Origin: an uncultured archaeon
Lineage (GTDB): Archaea; Iainarchaeota; Iainarchaeia; Iainarchaeales; 0-14-0-20-30-16
Assembly (NCBI GenBank): GCA_964480435.1
Contig: CAYZSS010000024.1
Span: 1 to 12,705 of the forward strand
Reading direction: 5' to 3'
DNA: 12,705 nt
Of the stretch, positions 1-6,855 are shown piece after piece (the first letter of the stretch is position 1; each line of letters starts with the position of its first letter). The translations under genes were made by a program, and so were the position numbers. The notes below the pieces were generated by a model, which searched no databases, was not told the origin of the DNA, and saw only the letters and a list, made by a program, of their open reading frames with translations.

Positions 1-31
1 GTTATTAAGGCAATTAGATAATGTGATTAAT

Positions 32-550
32 ATGAAGAAAAGTATTCTTGTTTTCTTGGGGAGTGGGGGGCATTTTGAACAAGCCTTCAGATTAATCTCC
101 AAATTAGGAAATAAGTTTGAGTACGAATTAGTTTATATTAAAGGAGATAAAACAGCAAAAGCAAGAATGGGCTCTTTGGTAAAAAAAGAAAAGCTTGTAG
201 TAACACAAGAGTATACAATACCATTGCTTAGAATAGTTAGCGAATCACGGATAAGAAATTTTGCATATTTATTTTATGGTCCTTTAGTTTGTTTACTTAA
301 CTCTTTTTCTATTGTAATGAGATCAAGGGCAAAATATTTTTTGAGTGCAGGAAATGGAGCAGCAGTATTTTTGTATTATTTTGGAAAAATCTTTGGAAAA
401 AAACTTATTTATTTAGAGACCTGGTCAAGGGTTTGGACTCCTTCTCTGACAGGTAGATTAGTTTATCCGATTTGTAATCTGTTCTTTGTCCAATGGCCTG
501 AATTGTTAGAAAAATATCCTAAAGCAAAGTATGTGGGGCGGTTAGGATGA
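32..550 (+). CDS. Alg14-like subunit (membrane/anchor half of a split GT28 MurG-fold glycosyltransferase; Cps14F/PssD type)
   Basis: ORF 23..550. The N-terminal 'ILVFLGSGGH' glycine loop and C-terminal 'LETWSRVWTPSLTGRLVYPICNLFFVQWPELLEKYPKAKYVG' match the Alg14 family pattern as I recall it. The ATG at 32 is preferred over the in-frame GTG at 23. The stop overlaps the next start (ATGA 547-550). Confidence 0.8.
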   Translation: MKKSILVFLGSGGHFEQAFRLISKLGNKFEYELVYIKGDKTAKARMGSLVKKEKLVVTQEYTIPLLRIVSESRIRNFAYLFYGPLVCLLNSFSIVMRSRAKYFLSAGNGAAVFLYYFGKIFGKKLIYLETWSRVWTPSLTGRLVYPICNLFFVQWPELLEKYPKAKYVGRLG

Positions 551-1017
551 TTTTAGTTACTGTTGGCTCAACTCAGCATGACAATCTAATTAAAGCAGTT
601 GATGAGCTTGTTGGCTCAAGGCTTATTAAAGAGAAAGTAATTTGTCAGATTGGAAAAGGCAATTATGAACCAAAAAATTGCAAATGGTTTAAATTTGACC
701 CAAATATTGATGATAATTATTATCAAAAATGTAGTACAATTATTTGCATAGATAGTGCAGGAACAATATTTAGGAATTTGGAATTAGGAAATAAAATTAT
801 TGCTGTAAGACACCCAAATACAAAGGGGGCAATAGACCTTGGCAAGAAACTATCTGAAGAGGGGTATATCTATTTTGTTAAAGAGCCAAATAATGTGGCT
901 ATCATGAAGAAAGAAATACACAAAGGGGTTATAAATAAGAAAGGGCTAAAGATTTATCTTAAGCAGAGAAACAATATAATAAGCAGAATTTCTAAATTTG
1001 TGATTGAGGGTATTTAA
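547..1017 (+). CDS. Alg13-like subunit (catalytic C-terminal half of a split GT28 glycosyltransferase; Cps14G/PssE type)
   Basis: N-terminal 'MILVTVGST..D.LIKAV' and central 'IICIDSAGTIFRNLELGNKIIAV' resemble the Glyco_tran_28_C / Alg13 pattern (VFVTVGTT..FD; ISHAGAGS..L..GKP.IVV). It directly follows, and is translationally coupled to, the Alg14-like gene. Confidence 0.75.
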   Translation: MILVTVGSTQHDNLIKAVDELVGSRLIKEKVICQIGKGNYEPKNCKWFKFDPNIDDNYYQKCSTIICIDSAGTIFRNLELGNKIIAVRHPNTKGAIDLGKKLSEEGYIYFVKEPNNVAIMKKEIHKGVINKKGLKIYLKQRNNIISRISKFVIEGI

Positions 1018-1065
1018 GTAGATAATAAAAAAGCAGGGCAATATAGTTTCTAAAAGGGTTTTTAT

Positions 1066-2892
1066 ATGTGTGGAATCTGTGGAATAATTAATTTTAATAA
1101 TAAAAAAGTAACTGCCTCGGAAATAAAAGCTATTACTGATACAATAAAACACCGAGGGCCAGACGCAGAGGGAACTTTTGTTAAAGATAATTTTGGTTTT
1201 GGCCACAGGCGTTTAGCTATAATTGATTTGCGTCCTAAAGGGAATCAGCCTATGTTTTATGAACATAATGGTTATAAATTAGCAATTACTTTTAATGGAG
1301 AAATATATAACTTTTTGGAAATCAAAGAAAAATTATTAAAAAAAGGATACAAATTTAAAACAAAAACAGACACAGAAGTAATTCTTGCCTCTTATCTAGA
1401 ATGGGGTAAGAATTGTGTGAAACAATTTAATGGTATGTGGTCATTTGCAATATATGATTTTAATAAAAAAGTTGTTTTTCTAAGTAGAGATAGATTTGGT
1501 GTAAAACCTTTGTATTATTATAGAAATGAAAATAAATTTGTTTTTTGTTCAGAAATAAGAGGGCTTCTTATAGATAAAACAGTTCCTCGAGTACCAAATG
1601 ATTCTATTATCAGTGCTTATCTATATATGAATTACTATGGTTTTGGTAAAGAAACCTTTTTTAAGAATATATTTAGATTAGAACCTGGTAGTTCAATTAT
1701 AATCAATTTAAAGACAAATGTTTTTTCATTTGAAAAATACTATGACCTAATTAAAGAAGCGAAGAAATCTAAATTTAAAAAATCTGATTTGAAGACTCTG
1801 TTTTTTGATGCTGTTGAGAAAAGGCTAATAGCAGATGTACCTGTTGGTTCTTGCTTATCAGGGGGATTAGATAGTTCAGCAATTGTTTGTGCTATGCGGA
1901 ATATAAGTCCAAAGAGTAAAATAAAAACTTTTTCTTTAATATTTCCAGGAAAAGAGATAAATGAAGAAAAATATCAAAAAGAAATAATTGAATTTGCAAA
2001 AATTGAAGGGCATTTTATATCTTTTGATGCAAAAGAGTTATTGAAATCAATAACTGATGTGATTTATACCCAAGAGGAGCCATTTGATGATTTTTCAATA
2101 TTTGGCCAATATAAAGTAATGGAATTAGCAAAAAAAAATAATATGAAAGTGCTGTTAGATGGGCAAGGAAGTGATGAAATTCTTTTGGGTTATAGAACAT
2201 TTATCGGTTTCTATTTAGTTTATTTATTAAAAAAATTAAAACCAAACTTGTTTTTGAAAGAATTGAAAAATGTATTGTCAATTTATGGTGTCATGGCTCT
2301 AAAAAGTATACTTTGGATGTTTCCTGACTGTATTGTAAAATATCTCTTGAGATTAAATGGCTATTGGATTAAAATGGCTGTGCCAAAAGAGATAATGGAT
2401 TTTATTAAATTAAGAAGTAATATCCAAAATGAACTGCTACTACAAGAAACTTGTAGTTCTTTACCTAAATTGTTACGATTTGAAGACAAGAATTCAATGC
2501 ATTTTTCAATAGAAACAAGAACCCCCTTCTGTGATTATAGGCTTGTTGAAAAAATAGTTAATATTGCTCCTGAAGAAAAAATAAAAAATGGTTATCAAAA
2601 ATACCTTTTTAGAGAGTGTCTAAATAAATTTGTTCCTGATAATATTCTTTGGAGAAAAGATAAAATTGGGTTTGCTGTACCTGGTAATGAGTTATTAAAG
2701 GATTCTGATGGTCAGAAGTTATTTAAAAAAATATTCTTTTCAAAAGATTTTGAGTCAAGAAAATATTGGGATGCCAAAAAACTACAAAAAATATTATTGA
2801 ACCACATAGCAGGTAAGAAAAACAACAGGGGTATTTTAGTAAAAGCATTGGTATTAGAGCTGTGGTTACAAAAATGGATTTATGTAAAATGA
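1066..2892 (+). CDS. asnB: Asparagine synthase (glutamine-hydrolysing) family amidotransferase; polysaccharide-locus paralog
   Basis: N-terminal nucleophile 'MCGICGI'. Also 'HRGPD', 'HRRLAIIDL', 'NGEIYNF', 'TDTEVIL', 'RDRFGVKPLYY' and the PP-loop 'SGGLDSS'. 608 aa, typical length for glycan-cluster AsnB paralogs. Confidence 0.9.
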   Translation: MCGICGIINFNNKKVTASEIKAITDTIKHRGPDAEGTFVKDNFGFGHRRLAIIDLRPKGNQPMFYEHNGYKLAITFNGEIYNFLEIKEKLLKKGYKFKTKTDTEVILASYLEWGKNCVKQFNGMWSFAIYDFNKKVVFLSRDRFGVKPLYYYRNENKFVFCSEIRGLLIDKTVPRVPNDSIISAYLYMNYYGFGKETFFKNIFRLEPGSSIIINLKTNVFSFEKYYDLIKEAKKSKFKKSDLKTLFFDAVEKRLIADVPVGSCLSGGLDSSAIVCAMRNISPKSKIKTFSLIFPGKEINEEKYQKEIIEFAKIEGHFISFDAKELLKSITDVIYTQEEPFDDFSIFGQYKVMELAKKNNMKVLLDGQGSDEILLGYRTFIGFYLVYLLKKLKPNLFLKELKNVLSIYGVMALKSILWMFPDCIVKYLLRLNGYWIKMAVPKEIMDFIKLRSNIQNELLLQETCSSLPKLLRFEDKNSMHFSIETRTPFCDYRLVEKIVNIAPEEKIKNGYQKYLFRECLNKFVPDNILWRKDKIGFAVPGNELLKDSDGQKLFKKIFFSKDFESRKYWDAKKLQKILLNHIAGKKNNRGILVKALVLELWLQKWIYVK

Positions 2893-4001
2893 TTTTTATG
2901 GTTAAGCAAAAAGATAAAAAAGTTAGTGTTTGTATTATTGGACCAGATAGTATACACACAAAAAGATGGTCTAATTGGTTTCAGAATTCCAAGGATTACA
3001 ATGTGACTACTTTATTGTATCCTACATATAAAAATCCATTTCAATATATTTTTGCAATGAAGAAGTTGTTGTATAACTATTTGAAAATAAGAAAAAAACA
3101 GGATATTACCCATATACATTATATTGGTACATTTGCTTATCTTCTTGCCCCATTTGTTAAAAAAAATTTGGTTCTTTCAGCATGGGGTAGTGATGTATTA
3201 GTTGCCCCTAAAGAGTCAAAGTTAAGAAAATATTTATTTGAAAAAACAGTAAAAAAAGCAACTTTTGTTTCTGCAGTAGATAAATCAATTGTGCTTCAGT
3301 TTAAAGAGCTTGGGTGTAGTGCAGGAAAAATAGTGCCATTGCGTATGGCAAGTGTAGATACAAAAAGATTTCAGTTCTCAAAAAGATCAGAAACCCTTAG
3401 AAAAATCATTGGGGTGAAGAAAGGCTTTTTAGTATTAAGTGCCCGTTGGCTTGAGCCAGATTATAATGTTGATGTTTTTATAAAAACTATTCCGTATGTA
3501 TTAAAAAAATTAAAAAACATTAAATTTGTTATTATTGGTAGTGGTAGTTTAGAGACTAAATTAAAAAATCTTGCAAAAGAACTTAAAGTTGAAAAAAATA
3601 TTTTGTTTACTGGGGGCGTATGTCATAAAGACATATCTAAATACCTGGCAAGTGCGGATTTATATGTTGACCCTTTTGTTGGCAGCAGTTCGTATGATAA
3701 AAAATTGTTAGATGAAAATTCAGGTATAGGTACAACAACATTAGAAGCAATGTCTTGCTCTGTTCCTGCCTTACTTGCTAATAAATACAGAATAAAAGAC
3801 CATCCATATTTGACATATTACCCTTTAGATCCTGGAGACCTGGCAGACCAAATTATAAAACTATTAAAAAATAAAAAATTGAAAGCACAGATGAAAAAAA
3901 AATCACGAGACTTTGTTGTGCGTGTTGCTGGTGAAGAGGCAGTAATGAAAAAATGGTGTGTGTTTTATGATAATTTAGTGAATAAAAAATCTAGAAAATA
4001 A
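2889..4001 (+). CDS. Glycosyltransferase, GT4 (group 1) family
   Basis: GT-B C-terminal signature region 'FVIIGSGSLE...LFTGGV...ADLYVDP...GIGTTTLEAMSCSVPALLAN'. The start is placed at ATG 2889 because it forms an ATGA overlap with the asnB stop. In-frame alternatives are GTG 2862, ATG 2874 and ATG 2898. Confidence 0.8.
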   Translation: MIFMVKQKDKKVSVCIIGPDSIHTKRWSNWFQNSKDYNVTTLLYPTYKNPFQYIFAMKKLLYNYLKIRKKQDITHIHYIGTFAYLLAPFVKKNLVLSAWGSDVLVAPKESKLRKYLFEKTVKKATFVSAVDKSIVLQFKELGCSAGKIVPLRMASVDTKRFQFSKRSETLRKIIGVKKGFLVLSARWLEPDYNVDVFIKTIPYVLKKLKNIKFVIIGSGSLETKLKNLAKELKVEKNILFTGGVCHKDISKYLASADLYVDPFVGSSSYDKKLLDENSGIGTTTLEAMSCSVPALLANKYRIKDHPYLTYYPLDPGDLADQIIKLLKNKKLKAQMKKKSRDFVVRVAGEEAVMKKWCVFYDNLVNKKSRK

Positions 4002-4017
4002 AATAAGGGTTATTTTA
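3999..4017. terminator. A/T-only 8-bp hairpin (GGG loop) between convergent operons; possible bidirectional terminator with flanking T-tracts
   Basis: 3999-4006 TAAAATAA pairs with 4010-4017 TTATTTTA; the loop is 4007-4009 GGG. It spans both stop codons (TAA 3999-4001 on plus, TAA 4017-4015 on minus). The stem is weak and all A/T, so function is uncertain. Confidence 0.2.
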
Positions 4018-4386
4018 AATATTCTTAAAATCATCTATTAATTTATTCTTAGTTGATTCTTTATGGGCTCTAGTAAGATCATACTTAAGTCTATTTCTGG
4101 CCATAATCTCACCAACCTTTAATCCCGCAATATTCAGCTCAATAGCTGCCTTTGATCCAAGATAATCTGCTGATACTGTCATATATCCAAAAGGCTTTGG
4201 GTTATTAGGGTATATCATTAAACTGTATTTTTTTATCTCATTTACATCAACATTACCACAAACATGTATAATCTGAACAAGAGGATTCTTTTTTGATAAT
4301 TCCTTAGTTTTAATAATTCCATTTTTTCCAACAATTTCTGTGTTATGGTAATGTTCTCCTATAATTATTGTATCAAATTCAGGCAA
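4015..4386 (-). CDS. C-terminal portion of a split two-lobed Rossmann-fold protein of unknown function (-1 frame relative to upstream ORF)
   Basis: 123-codon ORF with only a TTG start (4386). There is no ATG until about codon 57 and no SD. It overlaps the upstream ORF by 22 nt. The sequence 'FDTIIIGEH...VQIIHVCGN' looks like later beta strands of the nucleotide-binding domain that begins in the upstream ORF. Confidence 0.6.
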   Translation of the reverse strand: MPEFDTIIIGEHYHNTEIVGKNGIIKTKELSKKNPLVQIIHVCGNVDVNEIKKYSLMIYPNNPKPFGYMTVSADYLGSKAAIELNIAGLKVGEIMARNRLKYDLTRAHKESTKNKLIDDFKNI

Positions 4387-5099
4387 TTTTTTCTGATTAT
4401 TTCTATCTTTGATAAATATTGCTTGTTTTCTTTTCGTATATTATTATCTAAGCTAATCCAACTGAAATTAATTTTATTAGCTTGCATAAACTGGGCAAGG
4501 TTATTTCCTAGGCGCCCGCTCCCAATTACAAGAATGTTATCTTTATGTACTTCTTGTTTGCATTCGAACATTAATTTACTTGCCAAAAAACCACTATAAC
4601 GCATAATATCCATTGGCGGGCATTCTTCATTGGTTCCTAATACAAGGATGCCGTGAGACCTGCAAGAATCTAAGTCCAGATCTTCTTTTCTAAATTCCCA
4701 CGTTTCATACATCAATGGTATTACTGCAGTAGGTTTCAGATGAAAGATTAGTTCTTTTGTTATTGGTCTAACAAATCCTGAGTTGGTGATAATATCGCAT
4801 TTACTTAAATCAGCCAGGTTATTCTCAAAAATAATTTTAATTTTGTTATCAACTTCTAATTTTTTTGCTTCTGCTATAGTTTGTTTTTTTATCTCTTCCT
4901 TTGTTCCATACCGAGAATCTTTGGCTATAGCAAACACCTGTTTTGCACCTGCAAGAGCAGCAGCAATAGAAGTGTACATATAGTTGCCAGAGGCAGCTTC
5001 AGTGAAAACAGTGAGACCCTTGAGGTTAAGATCAAATTTTTTTATTGCTTGTTTTATAAATTTGTGTATTCTTTCTTTTTCTATTTCAGAAAAGGTCAT
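4365..5099 (-). CDS. N-terminal portion of a split two-lobed Rossmann-fold protein of unknown function
   Basis: ORF 4365..5108. The ATG at 5099 is preceded by GGTGA with a 5-nt spacer, so it is preferred over GTG 5108. It contains 'LKGLTVFTEAASGNY..AAALAGAKQV' (first lobe) and a GxGxxG dinucleotide-binding motif 'NILVIGSGRLGNNLAQF' followed by 'SWISLD'. I recognise no specific family. Confidence 0.65.
   Translation of the reverse strand: MTFSEIEKERIHKFIKQAIKKFDLNLKGLTVFTEAASGNYMYTSIAAALAGAKQVFAIAKDSRYGTKEEIKKQTIAEAKKLEVDNKIKIIFENNLADLSKCDIITNSGFVRPITKELIFHLKPTAVIPLMYETWEFRKEDLDLDSCRSHGILVLGTNEECPPMDIMRYSGFLASKLMFECKQEVHKDNILVIGSGRLGNNLAQFMQANKINFSWISLDNNIRKENKQYLSKIEIIRKNCLNLIQ
4386..4392 (-). 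other. Candidate -1 ribosomal frameshift (or indel) site: slippery heptamer A_AAA_AAT
   Basis: The minus-strand mRNA reads AGA AAA AAU UGC in the zero frame. The heptamer A AAA AAU fits X_XXY_YYZ. The -1 frame continues AAA AAA UUG CCU GAA, which is the downstream ORF. Confidence 0.35.
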
Positions 5100-5217
5100 C
5101 GCATTCACCGCTTGAAAGATATTCTTGGTATATTTCTTTACAGGTATGAGTTTTTATTTTGTTATCTTTAATATACTTTAGCAGTTCTATAAAAAGAGTT
5201 TCAGTACCTTTGCCTTT

Positions 5218-5811
5218 CTATTTATACTGTTCTAATGCATCTGGTTGCTGATAAAATTGTTTATAACTTAGGTAATGATCATTAGATTTGGTGTTCATAA
5301 AAATATGCATTGGATGGAAACTAAATATTTTGAGTCCCTTTGTATTTAGTCTTAATTTTGAAAGATCAAAAATAGATGTGTTTAAGAATAAAGAATCATC
5401 TCCCCAATAATAAGGTATGCAAATCATTTGTTTATTATCTCCTCTGGGTCTGCAGCAGGGGGACAACCCTTTTTTAAGAGGCATATATGTATTTGCATCG
5501 TATTTTATGCCACTATCAATAAAAAATCCATGTATTGCTGATGACTGGGTAAGGCCATGAGATCGTGCACCTATTGCATCAGGGTAAAGCTTTTTTAAAT
5601 CTGAAGTTATTTTACTCCAGTCATTGTTATTTGTATAGTTTGGATGTATACCAACTTCATATTTTTTTTTGTCTAATGATTTTAAAAAAACTGAATCATG
5701 CGTAGCAAAAAAAGTGGCTTTTACTTTGGCAGTGTCTAAAAGTTTTACTACGTATTTAATAATTTCTTCTGGTGCCCAATCAATATCAAGTGTTATTGCT
5801 ATTTTGTTCAT
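5218..5811 (-). CDS. Polysaccharide deacetylase-like protein (divergent CE4/NodB fold; resembles the WbmS-type found in O-antigen loci)
   Basis: 'IAITLDIDWAP' (the DxD-type motif in place of TFDD), 'KATFFAT' and 'EVGIHPNY' follow the CE4 motif order. ATG 5811 has a GGAGGA SD 6 nt upstream and forms an ATGA overlap with the upstream stop (5808-5811). The ORF track starts at GTG 5826. Confidence 0.6.
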   Translation of the reverse strand: MNKIAITLDIDWAPEEIIKYVVKLLDTAKVKATFFATHDSVFLKSLDKKKYEVGIHPNYTNNNDWSKITSDLKKLYPDAIGARSHGLTQSSAIHGFFIDSGIKYDANTYMPLKKGLSPCCRPRGDNKQMICIPYYWGDDSLFLNTSIFDLSKLRLNTKGLKIFSFHPMHIFMNTKSNDHYLSYKQFYQQPDALEQYK

Positions 5812-6833
5812 TTTGTGTCCTCCCACAAACTATATGGTAATACATAACACCTTACTAATTCGTGCTGCACTTTGGATAAAGGAGTAGCCGTTATTTCACT
5901 AATAGGAACAAGATTTTTTGCAAAATAAAATTGTTCATAGTCTCCTGCACCCCAACGTTTCTTATATTCTAAAATGCCCTTATACACCCCACTTCCCTGC
6001 CAATTAAAATAGCGAATTTTTTGTTCAATAGCTTTGTAAAGATATTCATTTAATAAATAAGTTGTAGGGTATAATTTTCTTGATTCTGTACTAAATGCGC
6101 TTGTAGTATAATCAACAATGTTTTTTCCAATTTCGCAGATTACACCACCTAGAACTTCGGATTCGTTTCTTATTACCCAAAAATCCATTGTATCACTATT
6201 TTTTGAAATCTCATAACAGCCTAAAAAAAATTCTTTGGTATTACAGATTCCTCCAACATCTTCAAATCTTTTTTTGTATACTTCATACCATTGATCAAAC
6301 ATTTTTCTGTCAGGCTTTTTATCAATAAAATAATCTGATTGTTCAATTTTTGAAATTTCATTTTTAAACGCCGAACGCCTTTTATGGGTCATGTTATCAA
6401 GGGGATGTCCATTATCTAAAACAGAAATCTGGCAATCCTTTTTGTGAGAGTAAGCATAGTCAAACACATCTTTATAATCTTCAAAAGACATTGAAGATAG
6501 CGGATGGGTACAAATAGACATATTTAAACAATTTTTTTCTTTTGCAAATTCTTCTAATTTGACAAATAATTCTTTAATGTCTTGTTTATTGACAACATCA
6601 AGGCAGGAACCATATCCGATGTATGGCATCGAAACAAAGAAGTTCCCAAAAGAGGTATTCATTATACAAAAATTTAATTGTTCTGTTATAGTGCCATTTT
6701 TTTCAATGATCCCTACATAGCTTGTGCGTGTATCCGAATCTAATATTTTTGCCCAATGGCTATCAAGTTGAGAGGGGATAAGATTTTTCTCAACAGGTGC
6801 TGAAAAATCTTTTAATCTCAAAATTTTAATCAT
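5808..6833 (-). CDS. FemAB-like / GNAT-fold (Acetyltransf_6-type) acyl- or aminoacyl-transferase
   Basis: About 340 aa. The C-terminal 'GVYKGILEYKKRWGAGDYEQFYF' resembles the G..FK..FG tail of FemABX/BioF2-like GNAT proteins. The length and two-lobed organisation are consistent with that family. ATG 6833 is preferred; the in-frame GTG 6848 is the alternative. Confidence 0.55.
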   Translation of the reverse strand: MIKILRLKDFSAPVEKNLIPSQLDSHWAKILDSDTRTSYVGIIEKNGTITEQLNFCIMNTSFGNFFVSMPYIGYGSCLDVVNKQDIKELFVKLEEFAKEKNCLNMSICTHPLSSMSFEDYKDVFDYAYSHKKDCQISVLDNGHPLDNMTHKRRSAFKNEISKIEQSDYFIDKKPDRKMFDQWYEVYKKRFEDVGGICNTKEFFLGCYEISKNSDTMDFWVIRNESEVLGGVICEIGKNIVDYTTSAFSTESRKLYPTTYLLNEYLYKAIEQKIRYFNWQGSGVYKGILEYKKRWGAGDYEQFYFAKNLVPISEITATPLSKVQHELVRCYVLPYSLWEDTK

Positions 6834-6855
6834 ATTTTGATTCCCCACAAATTAT

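Noticed and set aside
1-21. Possible 3' end of an upstream plus-strand gene (frame 1 reads VIKAIR then TAA at 19-21)
   Set aside because: Only six codons are visible, which is not enough to support a call.
946-1206. 86-aa minus-strand ORF spanning the Alg13-like/asnB junction
   Set aside because: It is antisense to two well-supported genes. It has a low-complexity F/I/Y/K-rich composition typical of AT-rich antisense frames, and no SD.
2015-2200. 61-aa minus-strand ORF inside asnB
   Set aside because: It is antisense to a gene with unambiguous family motifs and has no independent support.
2723-2959. 78-aa minus-strand ORF across the asnB/GT4 junction
   Set aside because: It is antisense to two supported genes. 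It is hydrophobic and low-complexity, which is likely a frame artefact.
3894-3902. A9 homopolymer in the GT4 gene, considered with the A9 at 2130-2138 in asnB and T9 at 5662-5670 in the deacetylase, as possible phase-variation tracts
   Set aside because: All are in frame and encode Lys runs (KKK), as expected in an AT-rich, Lys-rich proteome. Nothing distinguishes them from compositional background. They are useful only as a control for the frameshift finding.
4358-4383. Imperfect hairpin (CCUGAAUU...AAUUAUAGG) just downstream of the slippery heptamer, as a possible frameshift stimulator
   Set aside because: It has only about 8 mostly A-U/G-U pairs with a bulge. It starts 2 nt after the heptamer, whereas typical spacing is 5-9 nt. 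It is too weak to count as evidence for programmed frameshifting.
4345-4599. 84-aa plus-strand ORF overlapping the frameshift region
   Set aside because: It is antisense to the Rossmann-protein ORFs and has no recognisable motifs. Its existence is explained by AT-rich codon bias.
4783-5171. Two plus-strand ORFs (66 aa and 96 aa) opposite the Rossmann-protein N-terminus and the 5100-5217 gap
   Set aside because: Both are antisense, with F/L/S/I/C-rich low-complexity sequence and no SD. The minus-strand gene has a proper SD and domain motifs.
5669-5887. 72-aa plus-strand ORF over the deacetylase/FemAB-like junction
   Set aside because: It is antisense to two coupled genes (ATGA overlap) and has no motifs.
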